A DNA stretch of 64,000 bases from Oligoflexales bacterium (GTDB lineage: Bacteria > Bdellovibrionota_B > Oligoflexia > Oligoflexales > Bog-1112). The number at the start of each line of letters is the position of its first letter. The first letter of the stretch is position 1. Location: contig JBGCDR010000131.1 of the NCBI GenBank assembly GCA_045105515.1, positions 12,858 through 76,857 of the forward strand, given 5' to 3'. Shown piece by piece: positions 52,690 to 60,902 of this stretch. Position numbers and translations under genes: made by a program. Below the pieces are notes generated by a model. That model was given only the letters and a program-made list of their open reading frames with translations, was not told the DNA's origin and did not search any database.

Positions 52690-53225
52690 TAATATTTTTG
52701 ATAAGATTTTCGCCAATTCCGGAAAAGGAAAATGCTTTGGGTGTCTTCTATATAATTGCTATAGGTTTTTTTATCTTGAACTTGCTGACGGGAAACCTGA
52801 CATTTCTTTGCATAAAGATTCGCGATCGCTTGTAAAACGATTTGATCCTCTAATGTCAATAGAGTGATTGGACGTTGAAGCCCAGAAGGTTTAGGTATGT
52901 AAATTCGTGTTGGCTTGCTAGGTTCGTAGCTTCGAGTTTTAATAGCTATACTTAGATTTGAGATGTGATCACTTAATGCAATCTCATATATGCCATATTG
53001 TTCACGAAAGTATTTTTTATACTGATGGTTAAGCCCCGTAGAAATCCGTTGCCAAGCTAATTCCAGATTTTTTTTTGAGCCGAGATTCGACAAATCCATG
53101 TGTCTTTAATTTCCTTTTTTTGTTTGATTAATTTATCGGAAAAAATGAATGAATATTTAGCAGATTACAAGATTGGTGGCCCTTTTGTCATTTTGATGTC
53201 AGCAGGTGTGGCACCAATAAAGAAC

Positions 53226-53247
53226 AGTCTAGCCAAGGGGCTAGACT
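53226..53247 (-). terminator. Hairpin downstream of the primase gene
   Basis: AGTCTAGCC-AAGG-GGCTAGACT followed on the minus strand by GTTCTTTATT. Confidence 0.5.
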
Positions 53248-53308
53248 CCTATTATGATGAAAAAGTAGAGCGATCTACAGGTATAGGGCATACTTTAGTC
53301 GGTGAGCC

Positions 53309-55606
53309 CTATACCAACCTTAGACTGGGGTGCAAGCGCACCACCTCAAATCGACGCCCTGTTGGCGGAGACATGACTTCTACCCTGGCCCAGCCATATC
53401 GTTGCAGCGTTTTCAAAGCACCATCAAGCTCCTTCATCGAAGCTAAATTCTTCCATCCATGGCGATAAACGTCGCGACAACGATCAAAGTCTCGAACAGC
53501 GCCAGATTTGATTCTTTCGAGTAATTTGCGCCCAGACACTACTTCAGGTTCTAGATACTCGCCATATGCTTTGCAGGCGTGCAGCTCCAAGAATTCGCAC
53601 CAGCGGATGGCAAGCTGAGTTGAATCTTTGGAAATTTCCTCGGGATAGTCACTGGAGTCCTCTAGGTGAGTCATCATTTCAAAGATCAGCGCCAGGCTAG
53701 GCATAAGGGAGCGGTATTTAGACAAGTGATTTTCCATAATTGAGGACCCTGTGGCCGATAAAAGTCGGATTTCGAGCCCTTCATGCCATGCGTCTGCGAT
53801 CGTTTGACCGTCTGCTGAAAACCGTATTTTGTGGCGCTTTGTTTCATCATCAACTCTTTCAGGTAATGGCAAATCAGCAAGCTTTGCAAAAGTCCTCTCC
53901 ACTAGCTCAGCTGCGGCGTTGTTGGGAGCTCGGTCAATACGCTTCCAGTATTTGCGCTTCTCTGGACACAAAAGGATCTGAAAGCGTTGCAGTAGCCCGT
54001 CATCGCTCTTCCCTCCCTTTGCTAGGGCTGCAACATAGGATTCAAATTTGGTGGGTTGTAGACCCCCTAGAACCGACAAGCAAAGCCCATCTACGAACAC
54101 AGTTCCTCGGCCAATACGATCCATGCTGTAAGGTGAGTCACCATTCCAGGATTCGAGGAAGAATTCGCGGTCACCTTCCCTGCCTGATTTGAACATGGTT
54201 TCCATCCAACCACTAAGTTCATCGCGGTACAAAAGCAAACCTTGGGGATTTTCCTGGAGGATTGTGAGCATTTTTTCAATCGTTGGGTCATTCATCATGT
54301 AGCGACGCTCAGTTACTTCAAAGTTATCTTCAAATGCCTTTAATGCCTTTTCTAAAGCTTCTTTTTTCTCTCCAATAGCAGTTTGATTCCCTCCTTTGAC
54401 TGCCGATTTAAGGGCATCTTTAAGAGCATCAATCTCAGCTTTGGCTACTGTTTTTTCGGCTTCAACTCGCTTACTCTCTTGCAAAAAATCCTCTCGTGCT
54501 TTCACTGCAAGATTCTGTAATGGGCGCAATATGGCAGCCATAGCAGGTGATTTCATCGATCCAGGAGGAGCAATAAGACAACCCCATAAATTTGGAATGA
54601 CCTTCCAATCGTCTTTTGTTTTAGGGTAAATCGCTACTTTGCGACCAATGACAGAGGATAATGTTACAATTGCTGGTCCTGCTACAAATTCAAGAGGCAC
54701 CTGCATACGCTCTGAAATATCACTGCACCAGGCTCTTAGCGACGTTGGTAACATTTCGAGATTCATTTCTGGTGCAACAACCTCACTAGGAAGTGAACAT
54801 GGCTCCTTCCAGTTTTTCTCTTGGTAGCGACCAATACTATTACTTATTTGTTGAACCTCTGCTTCAGATAGTGGTGGTTGACATAGATTTTGGTTGATGG
54901 CTCCCAGAGTTGAGGTAATTGAACCAGAACCAAATCCCTTAGATTTTAAAAAACCACCTATACTCATGAGCGATGCATTGCGTCCTCCTTCGGCAAAAGT
55001 TTCTTTGCTTGGTATTGCAAGCTTTTTGGGATTGGGGTTGCCTAAAATCAGAGATAAAAGCCAGGCTGGTAAATCAGCAATGTTAGTATCTTCAGAGACC
55101 CATGAATAGGTGGCCTGACTAGCATGAACACTTGGTGGTGCTACGATGTAGCCACCATCTCCCCGCACATCAACACCGGGTTTTAAGTTGGTCTTGTTGG
55201 GTATTTTTCCTCCTGGGTGACGGAAGTAGTAGTGCCAACCATCACCGCCCGTTTTTACCTTGAGGGTTTCGGGTAGCTCACCAAACTCTGCTTCAAGCTC
55301 CTTCAGTGATTGGTTACCTCCGTGTCTAGGGTCAATATCAATCACTACCAAACCTGATTCCGAGCCGGTGAGAATACCAATATTTGCTGCAGGACTTTCC
55401 CTCCACCAGTTCAAAACTGTAGCCGCTCCCAGGGTTGCGTTTTTGAGGCCATTGGGGGTCATTGGGTGTTTTGCAATACTACTGCAGCTTGGTTTTCTGC
55501 AACTGCACTGGCCGTCTGTTACAGGGTAGTGGAGAGGGAGTACCGGCCACCCCTTCCCAGCGAATTTTGAAGCCCACTCTGCATTAGTTTTCATGGAATC
55601 TTGCAT
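53309..55606 (-). CDS. Bifunctional primase-polymerase fused to PriCT-like and DUF3987 (helicase-like) domains
   Basis: GWPVLPL, AKHP, NIGILTG, VVIDIDPRHGG, HYYF, DVRGDGGYIVAPPS; EGGRN; PNLWG...PPGSMKSP, RDELSGW, DGLLQRF. Confidence 0.9.
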   Translation of the reverse strand: MQDSMKTNAEWASKFAGKGWPVLPLHYPVTDGQCSCRKPSCSSIAKHPMTPNGLKNATLGAATVLNWWRESPAANIGILTGSESGLVVIDIDPRHGGNQSLKELEAEFGELPETLKVKTGGDGWHYYFRHPGGKIPNKTNLKPGVDVRGDGGYIVAPPSVHASQATYSWVSEDTNIADLPAWLLSLILGNPNPKKLAIPSKETFAEGGRNASLMSIGGFLKSKGFGSGSITSTLGAINQNLCQPPLSEAEVQQISNSIGRYQEKNWKEPCSLPSEVVAPEMNLEMLPTSLRAWCSDISERMQVPLEFVAGPAIVTLSSVIGRKVAIYPKTKDDWKVIPNLWGCLIAPPGSMKSPAMAAILRPLQNLAVKAREDFLQESKRVEAEKTVAKAEIDALKDALKSAVKGGNQTAIGEKKEALEKALKAFEDNFEVTERRYMMNDPTIEKMLTILQENPQGLLLYRDELSGWMETMFKSGREGDREFFLESWNGDSPYSMDRIGRGTVFVDGLCLSVLGGLQPTKFESYVAALAKGGKSDDGLLQRFQILLCPEKRKYWKRIDRAPNNAAAELVERTFAKLADLPLPERVDDETKRHKIRFSADGQTIADAWHEGLEIRLLSATGSSIMENHLSKYRSLMPSLALIFEMMTHLEDSSDYPEEISKDSTQLAIRWCEFLELHACKAYGEYLEPEVVSGRKLLERIKSGAVRDFDRCRDVYRHGWKNLASMKELDGALKTLQRYGWARVEVMSPPTGRRFEVVRLHPSLRLV

Positions 55607-55729
55607 TCTTACCTCCGTTGGTGATTGCTCATCGATAATATCTAATGTGATACTATTGTCGATGCTCGCTCCACTTTCGTGAGGAGTCAAGCATCGGCCT
55701 AGAGCAATTTTTTGGGATGGAGGTATCGA

Positions 55730-56173
55730 ATGCCAAATTCAGACATAGTTTTCGATCAATACGAATCTTTGCTAAAAAGGATTGGGGAGAATATCGCACG
55801 AGTCCGAATGGCTCGTGGGCTAACCCAACGGGAATTAGCTAAGGCTGTCGGTAAAAGCCAAGCTATAGTTGCTAAGGTTGAAAGATACCCTTCTCGGGAT
55901 ATTTCATTTCGTTGTTTCTATGAAGTTTGCCGAGGACTCCCAGTTTCAATGGGTGATATGGTTCGTGAGGCTGAAAAAGAACTTGAGCTCCATGAATTGT
56001 CTCGTGAACCCAGTAAAATTAGTGAGCGCATGGAGACAATGACCCAAAGGCTGAACAGCCTACCTGAAGAAGAGCAAGTTTGGATGGCCGAGATGATAGA
56101 AGGCTTGCTAAAACGCACCCGTCTTCCGCCACAGAATAATCGCCGAAGCGATAAGAACCATCTCATGGTTTAG
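55730..56173 (+). CDS. XRE-family regulator divergent from the primase
   Basis: IGENIARVRMARGLTQRELAKAVGKSQAIVAKVER; imperfect IR CATCGATAATA/TATTGTCGATG at 55630-55664. Confidence 0.85.
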   Translation: MPNSDIVFDQYESLLKRIGENIARVRMARGLTQRELAKAVGKSQAIVAKVERYPSRDISFRCFYEVCRGLPVSMGDMVREAEKELELHELSREPSKISERMETMTQRLNSLPEEEQVWMAEMIEGLLKRTRLPPQNNRRSDKNHLMV

Positions 56174-56216
56174 GGTGGACACCCCAAAAAGAGCCAATTT
56201 CGCGTATAGGGGAGAA
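56172..56216 (+). promoter_or_regulatory. Element-specific motif, copy B
   Basis: AGGGTGGACACCCCAAAAAGAGCCAATTTCGCGTATAGGGGAGAA. Confidence 0.55.
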
Positions 56217-56461
56217 GATTTCAATACCCTAATGCTCAATACCCAAAATCCACTCGCAGAACTGACAGAACTCCCCTCGGTTCCGATTGTTTCATATTTA
56301 ACAGTTGGTTATATTGATTCTGCTTGAGGTTCCAAATCTTCCCCACTTTCCGACAAAACTAGAGACTGGATTAGTCCGAACGGTAAAGTGGTTAGAGGTG
56401 GAGAAATTTCTTTGATATTTTGTAGTGTTGTAAAAAAGGTAAATTTGTTGAACCAAATAGC

Positions 56462-56484
56462 TTGAGTATGACGTGGCGTCATAC
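56462..56484 (+). promoter_or_regulatory. MerR/TipA-type operator
   Basis: -35-like TTGAGT overlapping dyad GTATGACG-TGG-CGTCATAC upstream of the merR gene. Confidence 0.65.
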
Positions 56485-56526
56485 CCCAAGTTAGCTGCAG
56501 TTCATTAACAACACATAGGAGATCAT

Positions 56527-57300
56527 ATGAACTACACAGCAAAAAAACTTGGGGACTTATCTGGAATTAGTGTTCGCACCTTGCATTGGTACGATAAGAT
56601 CGACCTTCTCAAACCATCTCACATTGGCGACAACGGGTATCGCTATTACGGTCGAAAAGAGTTGTATTTGTTGCAGCAGATACTTTTTTTCAGAGAACTT
56701 GATTTTGGACTCGATGAAATCAAAAACATCATCCACAAGGAAGATTTTAATCAAGCTGATGCTTTGAAGGCTCACAAAAAGAGGCTGGAACAACAGCAAC
56801 ATCGAATTAAAACTTTGATCGAAACCGTTGAATCAACTATTGAAGATCTTAAAGGGGGCAAGAAGGCGCACGACAAAGACCTTTATAAAGGTTTCTTTAG
56901 CTGGTCTGATGGCAAGGGTGAATCAAAAGTTTTTGTAGGGAGAGCCACTGAAGGTGCTAGTGAAAGCGAGAAAACCTTTCTAGAAAGCGCAAAGGATGTA
57001 GGACAGGCTTCTTGGAGTAAGGAAGAATGGGAAAAATTTGGAGCTAAAGCTGATCGTATATTTAGTGCTCTTTCCAGCTTGGAACAGGCTGGTGAAAGCC
57101 CACAAAGCGAGGCAGTTCAAAAACTAATTGCTGACCATTATGCTTATGGAAGTACTTTGCATCAGATGGACAAGAAGGTGTATCGGGCTTTAGCAGATTT
57201 AATCCAGTCACGACCAGCATTTCGTAAGCAAGTGGAGGCATATGGCAAAGACTTGCCAGAGTTTTTGTCAGAAGCCATGCTGATTTGGATTAAGAATTAG
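56527..57300 (+). CDS. MerR-family regulator with TipAS-like C-terminal domain
   Basis: SGISVRTLHWYDKIDLLKP, NGYRYY, LQQILFFREL; P.SEAVQKLI..HY. Confidence 0.9.
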   Translation: MNYTAKKLGDLSGISVRTLHWYDKIDLLKPSHIGDNGYRYYGRKELYLLQQILFFRELDFGLDEIKNIIHKEDFNQADALKAHKKRLEQQQHRIKTLIETVESTIEDLKGGKKAHDKDLYKGFFSWSDGKGESKVFVGRATEGASESEKTFLESAKDVGQASWSKEEWEKFGAKADRIFSALSSLEQAGESPQSEAVQKLIADHYAYGSTLHQMDKKVYRALADLIQSRPAFRKQVEAYGKDLPEFLSEAMLIWIKN

Positions 57301-57451
57301 CTGTTTGGGCCTTTAGAGGGACTTTTCGTCCCTTTGGGGCATTGAAGTAGGGCCAATTTTAGAGATGGTCTACCTCCTGTATCTATTTGATATTACATGA
57401 AATAATTTAATATTTTGAATTCTACTCAAATATTGGTATAATAGGCGGGAT

Positions 57452-57781
57452 ATGAGTACTTTTAAAAACATCGTCATTATGCTCTTTTGCTGGACCCTAG
57501 GTAACTCGGTCTATGCAAGGACTTCTGATCTTTTTTCTCAAAAAGATCAGCAATTCATTGACCCTAGTTTGGCAAAGATTACAGCTCATTTTGAGTTTAA
57601 AACTGACGACGACGTCACTAGCAACTCTGGTTCACCTTGTGGAGCGAGTGATAGTTGTTCTCATGTTAGCTTATCCTTCTTTCCAAGTCAGGTTTATAAC
57701 TTTAGCCTTTTTGATGGCAATCACATCAAGAAGTCCTATCTGTTCATAACATCAGGAACAAGTCCTCCTCAGTCTGTTTAG
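57452..57781 (+). CDS. Small hypothetical secreted protein
   Basis: Signal-like N-terminus; CGASDSCSH; C-terminal PP. Confidence 0.45.
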   Translation: MSTFKNIVIMLFCWTLGNSVYARTSDLFSQKDQQFIDPSLAKITAHFEFKTDDDVTSNSGSPCGASDSCSHVSLSFFPSQVYNFSLFDGNHIKKSYLFITSGTSPPQSV

Positions 57782-57865
57782 TCAATTTAACAATTTAAAT
57801 TAAAACAGATTTATTAATGCTGCATTCTCGCATGGCGTGCGCGTGTGCATTTTGAGGAGAAATTT

Positions 57866-58525
57866 ATGAATTTCAAAAAAATAAAATCCGAGGTGCTATC
57901 TCTCGGAGTTATATTTCTTTCAGTATGTGCTTTTAAGTCCAGCTTTGCCTGTAATTACACAGTTCCAACAGGATCGATGAAATCAACCATAGAACCTGGT
58001 GATAAATTGCTTGTCAATAAGATGGCTTACGACTTTCGGATTCCTTTTACAAAAACAAGGCTTTTTGAGTACTCCACCCCAAAAAGGGGAGAGGTGATTG
58101 TTTTTGAGTGCCCCTACGACTCATCTATGACTTTTGTCAAAAGGCTCATTGGTTTGCCGGGAGATACAATTGAAGTGAACCATGGCTTTATTAGACTAAA
58201 TGGTAAAGCTCTGGACATTTCAGTTAAGGATCAACAAAAACTGAGAGATATTCTCATATCAGGAGGATTCTATAAAGAGACTCTTGACGGAAAGGAATAT
58301 ACCGTTAGGCGTATTCCATCTCACCTTGATAGGACTCCACCAGTGAAGGTCACTGTTCCAGATGGACACTACTTTGCGATGGGTGATAATCGAGGTGAAA
58401 GTGGTGACAGTAGACATTGGGGATTCGTTCCAAGAGAAAATATCTGGGGTAAAGCTAAATTCGTTTATTTCTCTTTTGAATGGCCGAAGATCCGCTGGGA
58501 TCGAATCGGCCTCGGCTTTTCTTAA
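57866..58525 (+). CDS. lepB: Signal peptidase I (S26)
   Basis: PTGSM, FVKRLIGLPGD, MGDNR.ES.DSR.WGFVP. Confidence 0.92.
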   Translation: MNFKKIKSEVLSLGVIFLSVCAFKSSFACNYTVPTGSMKSTIEPGDKLLVNKMAYDFRIPFTKTRLFEYSTPKRGEVIVFECPYDSSMTFVKRLIGLPGDTIEVNHGFIRLNGKALDISVKDQQKLRDILISGGFYKETLDGKEYTVRRIPSHLDRTPPVKVTVPDGHYFAMGDNRGESGDSRHWGFVPRENIWGKAKFVYFSFEWPKIRWDRIGLGFS

Positions 58526-58535
58526 GGAGGATGTG

Positions 58536-59012
58536 ATGAAGAAAGCGTTCTACTTTATTGCTATTTTGGGAACTGTTTTTGCCATAAGTCGAGTGGTAGC
58601 CGAGCCATACCACCTATCAGGAGACTGTATGGAGCCGGGTTTTAAGGATGGTGACTTATACTTCTTGAACCATCTTGCTCCCTATGTAAGAGATTACAAA
58701 ATTGGCGATGTTGTGCTTTACAAACATGAAGATAGGGTCTGGATTTCTAGAGTTGTTGCCAAAGGTGGTGAATTTATCCGAATCGAGGAGGGGAAGATTC
58801 TGGTTAATGGCTAATCCATCAAGGAACAAAAGGGCATTGAGCGAAGCTGGCCTGGTTGGGAGTACGGAACCTTCGGTTTAAACGAAGACCTTCATGTACC
58901 GACAGGACATTTTTTCATGCTCTCAGATAAATTATCTGCACAGCATGATGATAGCCGTGTTTTTGGCACTATTTCAAAGCAGAATGTCCTTGGGCTTGTT
59001 TGGTCGTTGTGA
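58536..59012 (+). pseudogene. Second S26 peptidase homolog with an in-frame TAA at 58812-58814
   Basis: SGDCMEP, WISRVVA; after the stop the same frame reads VPTGHFFMLSD...DDSRVFG to TGA 59012. Confidence 0.8.
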
Positions 59013-59345
59013 ATATTTGCAGTTCTGGCAACTAAGCGTCAGTAAATCATGAATCCCATATAACCCATACTATACAAGGTAAAATGGAGTTTTGTCAGTT
59101 CTGCAGGTGGATTTTTGCAATAAGCAGATAGGGGAATCTTACAGACCTATTTCTTGGGTAGGGTTTTTACAAAACCTGTTGCAAGTTCAATCCATTTCGC
59201 AATGGAATCTTTTCTTTTTGTGCCATCAGCATCGATGTAAGCAGTCCATAAAATTGGACCGATTCTTTCATTTGACCACTGATAATTCCGATTGCATCCA
59301 AGCTCATTGCGATCTCTCCAATATTTCAGATATTCCAAATTCTTT

Positions 59346-59603
59346 TTAAGATGATTGGAAGGTTTCAAGGCCATCTTGAATTCCATATTGCTTGCATAAG
59401 CGCAAAAGTTCTCGCCGTCCAAGCTCGGGAATACGACTTTCCTGATTGACCCATCTTCCGATGGTCGATTTGGCGACACCAAGTTTTGCTGCTAACTTTG
59501 CATGTCCGCCAACTTTTTCAAAGAGTGGCCCCCAAGGAGCAGGTGCAACAACTGGTCGTCCGACAGCCCGTTTTGTTGAGTTCAAAGAAGCGCCTCCCAG
59601 CAA
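59346..59603 (-). CDS. Small Cro/XRE-like HTH protein
   Basis: GGHAKLAAKLGVAKSTIGRWVNQESRIP; start uncertain. Confidence 0.7.
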   Translation of the reverse strand: MLGGASLNSTKRAVGRPVVAPAPWGPLFEKVGGHAKLAAKLGVAKSTIGRWVNQESRIPELGRRELLRLCKQYGIQDGLETFQSS

Positions 59604-59665
59604 AAGATTATGTCATAGATCAATTGTACCCATATCGGGAATAATTTTCTATCTGACTTCCTTGT

Positions 59666-59694
59666 ATAATTATACCCAATACAGGTATAATTAT
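59666..59694. promoter_or_regulatory. Perfect 11-bp inverted repeat (operator candidate)
   Basis: ATAATTATACC-N7-GGTATAATTAT between divergent genes. Confidence 0.65.
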
Positions 59695-59695
59695 T

Positions 59696-60124
59696 TCAGA
59701 TGTCTGGAGCAAGGTCTGATGTCGTTTCAGATCTGGAAAGCAATCAGATTAGGAGGTTAGAAATGTCTGGAATTCATCTGGTAGCGTCTGAACTAGATCT
59801 GAAAGGTTCGCCCAAGGTCTTTTCAGATCTGATCAAATATCTGAAAGCAGGTCTGGAGCAATCTCAGACGCTTTCAGATCTGGAGAGTCTGATGCAGCAT
59901 CTGGCAGAGCATCTGAAGATCAAAACATATAGTTCAGATCAAAAACGAGACCTGAAGGCGTTGCGGCAGAAGGGCTATGACCGCCGCGCAAAACTTCGCA
60001 AGTTATCATCAGAAGATCTTGCTCCAGATCTGGAGAAGGGTCAGATCTCCGAGTCAGATCTTTCTCGGGCTATCAGATCTGAAGAATCCCCATCAGAAGT
60101 AGTTAATCCCCCAAAACAATCAGA
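59696..60124. repeat. Dispersed CAGATCTG / TCAGA / TCTG array
   Basis: 12 GATC in 59730-60079, five of them in full CAGATCTG palindromes, plus many half-sites. Confidence 0.9.
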
Positions 60125-60854
60125 GGAGGCCAAAATGCCAGTCCATGAAATTTCTGTCGCTAAAACTGCTGACCTTCGTCCTATGGGTCAAGTTCCTCTA
60201 GTAGAAGGTTTCAAGGGAGTGATCACAAATATTAACGGGGCACAATTAGCGAGAATGCTCCCTCAGCTTGTTCTGCTAATATCAGCAAGCGTGTTAGTTG
60301 CTTGGTTTCTTTGGCTCCAGTCGGTCGAACTTTATGAGGCTAGTGGATTCGCCAACCCTGGCTTGGTTTCTTTTGGCGGTATATTGATGGTCGTCGGATT
60401 TGCTGGATTTCATGCGGCTTATCGCACCAAGCTGGCCCTCCTCTGCTGCATTTATGCTGGCGGTTATGAAGCATACTTCATAGCTTCAGGGACTTTTTCT
60501 GATGAGTTGAATTCAAAGGTGGCCGATAAAGCGATCACTGAGAAATTAGCTTGGCATCAAGAGCGGCTTGATCGCGCAAAGATGAGCTATGATCGAGTCA
60601 ATTCGCGCTATGATGATCCGGCAGATAAAATGCATCAAAATTCGTGGTATAAGAAGAAGCATGTAGACTCAGCCTGGCAGGTATACTCGCAAGCTCAACA
60701 GTCGATGGAAAAGCAACAAAAGTGGATTCAGACAGAGGTTGCCAACTTCGATCACACTGGATGGCTGAAAATATTTTTCCGTATGGGCCTTGTTATTTTA
60801 TTTATGCTTTTGGTTCATCGGCTAGGTAGCAATCTCCGTCACGCAGCAGATTAG
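59763..60854 (+). CDS. Hypothetical membrane protein (3 TM, coiled coil, TM) whose 5' part overlaps the repeat array
   Basis: AGGAGG RBS before ATG 59763 and a second GAGGAGG before ATG 60136. Confidence 0.65.
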   Translation: MSGIHLVASELDLKGSPKVFSDLIKYLKAGLEQSQTLSDLESLMQHLAEHLKIKTYSSDQKRDLKALRQKGYDRRAKLRKLSSEDLAPDLEKGQISESDLSRAIRSEESPSEVVNPPKQSEEAKMPVHEISVAKTADLRPMGQVPLVEGFKGVITNINGAQLARMLPQLVLLISASVLVAWFLWLQSVELYEASGFANPGLVSFGGILMVVGFAGFHAAYRTKLALLCCIYAGGYEAYFIASGTFSDELNSKVADKAITEKLAWHQERLDRAKMSYDRVNSRYDDPADKMHQNSWYKKKHVDSAWQVYSQAQQSMEKQQKWIQTEVANFDHTGWLKIFFRMGLVILFMLLVHRLGSNLRHAAD

Positions 60855-60902
60855 AATATCAGTTAAATACAGATGAATTTTCGGATATATGGAGGTACTC
60901 AA

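Larger units (their letters stand above)
49939..53099 (-). pseudogene. UG/Abi-type (defence-associated-like) reverse transcriptase, ~702 aa, split by an IS
   Basis: IPKPSGLQRPI (5' part); FDLAAFYDTISH, GIPQGP, RYVDD and long helical C-terminus (3' part); in frame after IS removal. Confidence 0.9.

Noticed and set aside
49939..53099. Group II intron or retron assignment for the RT
   Set aside because: No domain V/VI structure or maturase domain, YVDD rather than YADD, and no retron VTG motif seen
59147..59345. ORF ending WIELATGFVKTLPKK resembling a TfoX-like C-terminus
   Set aside because: Only a short tail resembles the family and the ORF start overlaps the HTH gene; at most a remnant
59696..60124. 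CRISPR array or DGR/retron template interpretation of the CAGATCTG region
   Set aside because: Units are 4-9 bp with irregular spacing, there are no constant-length spacers and no cas genes
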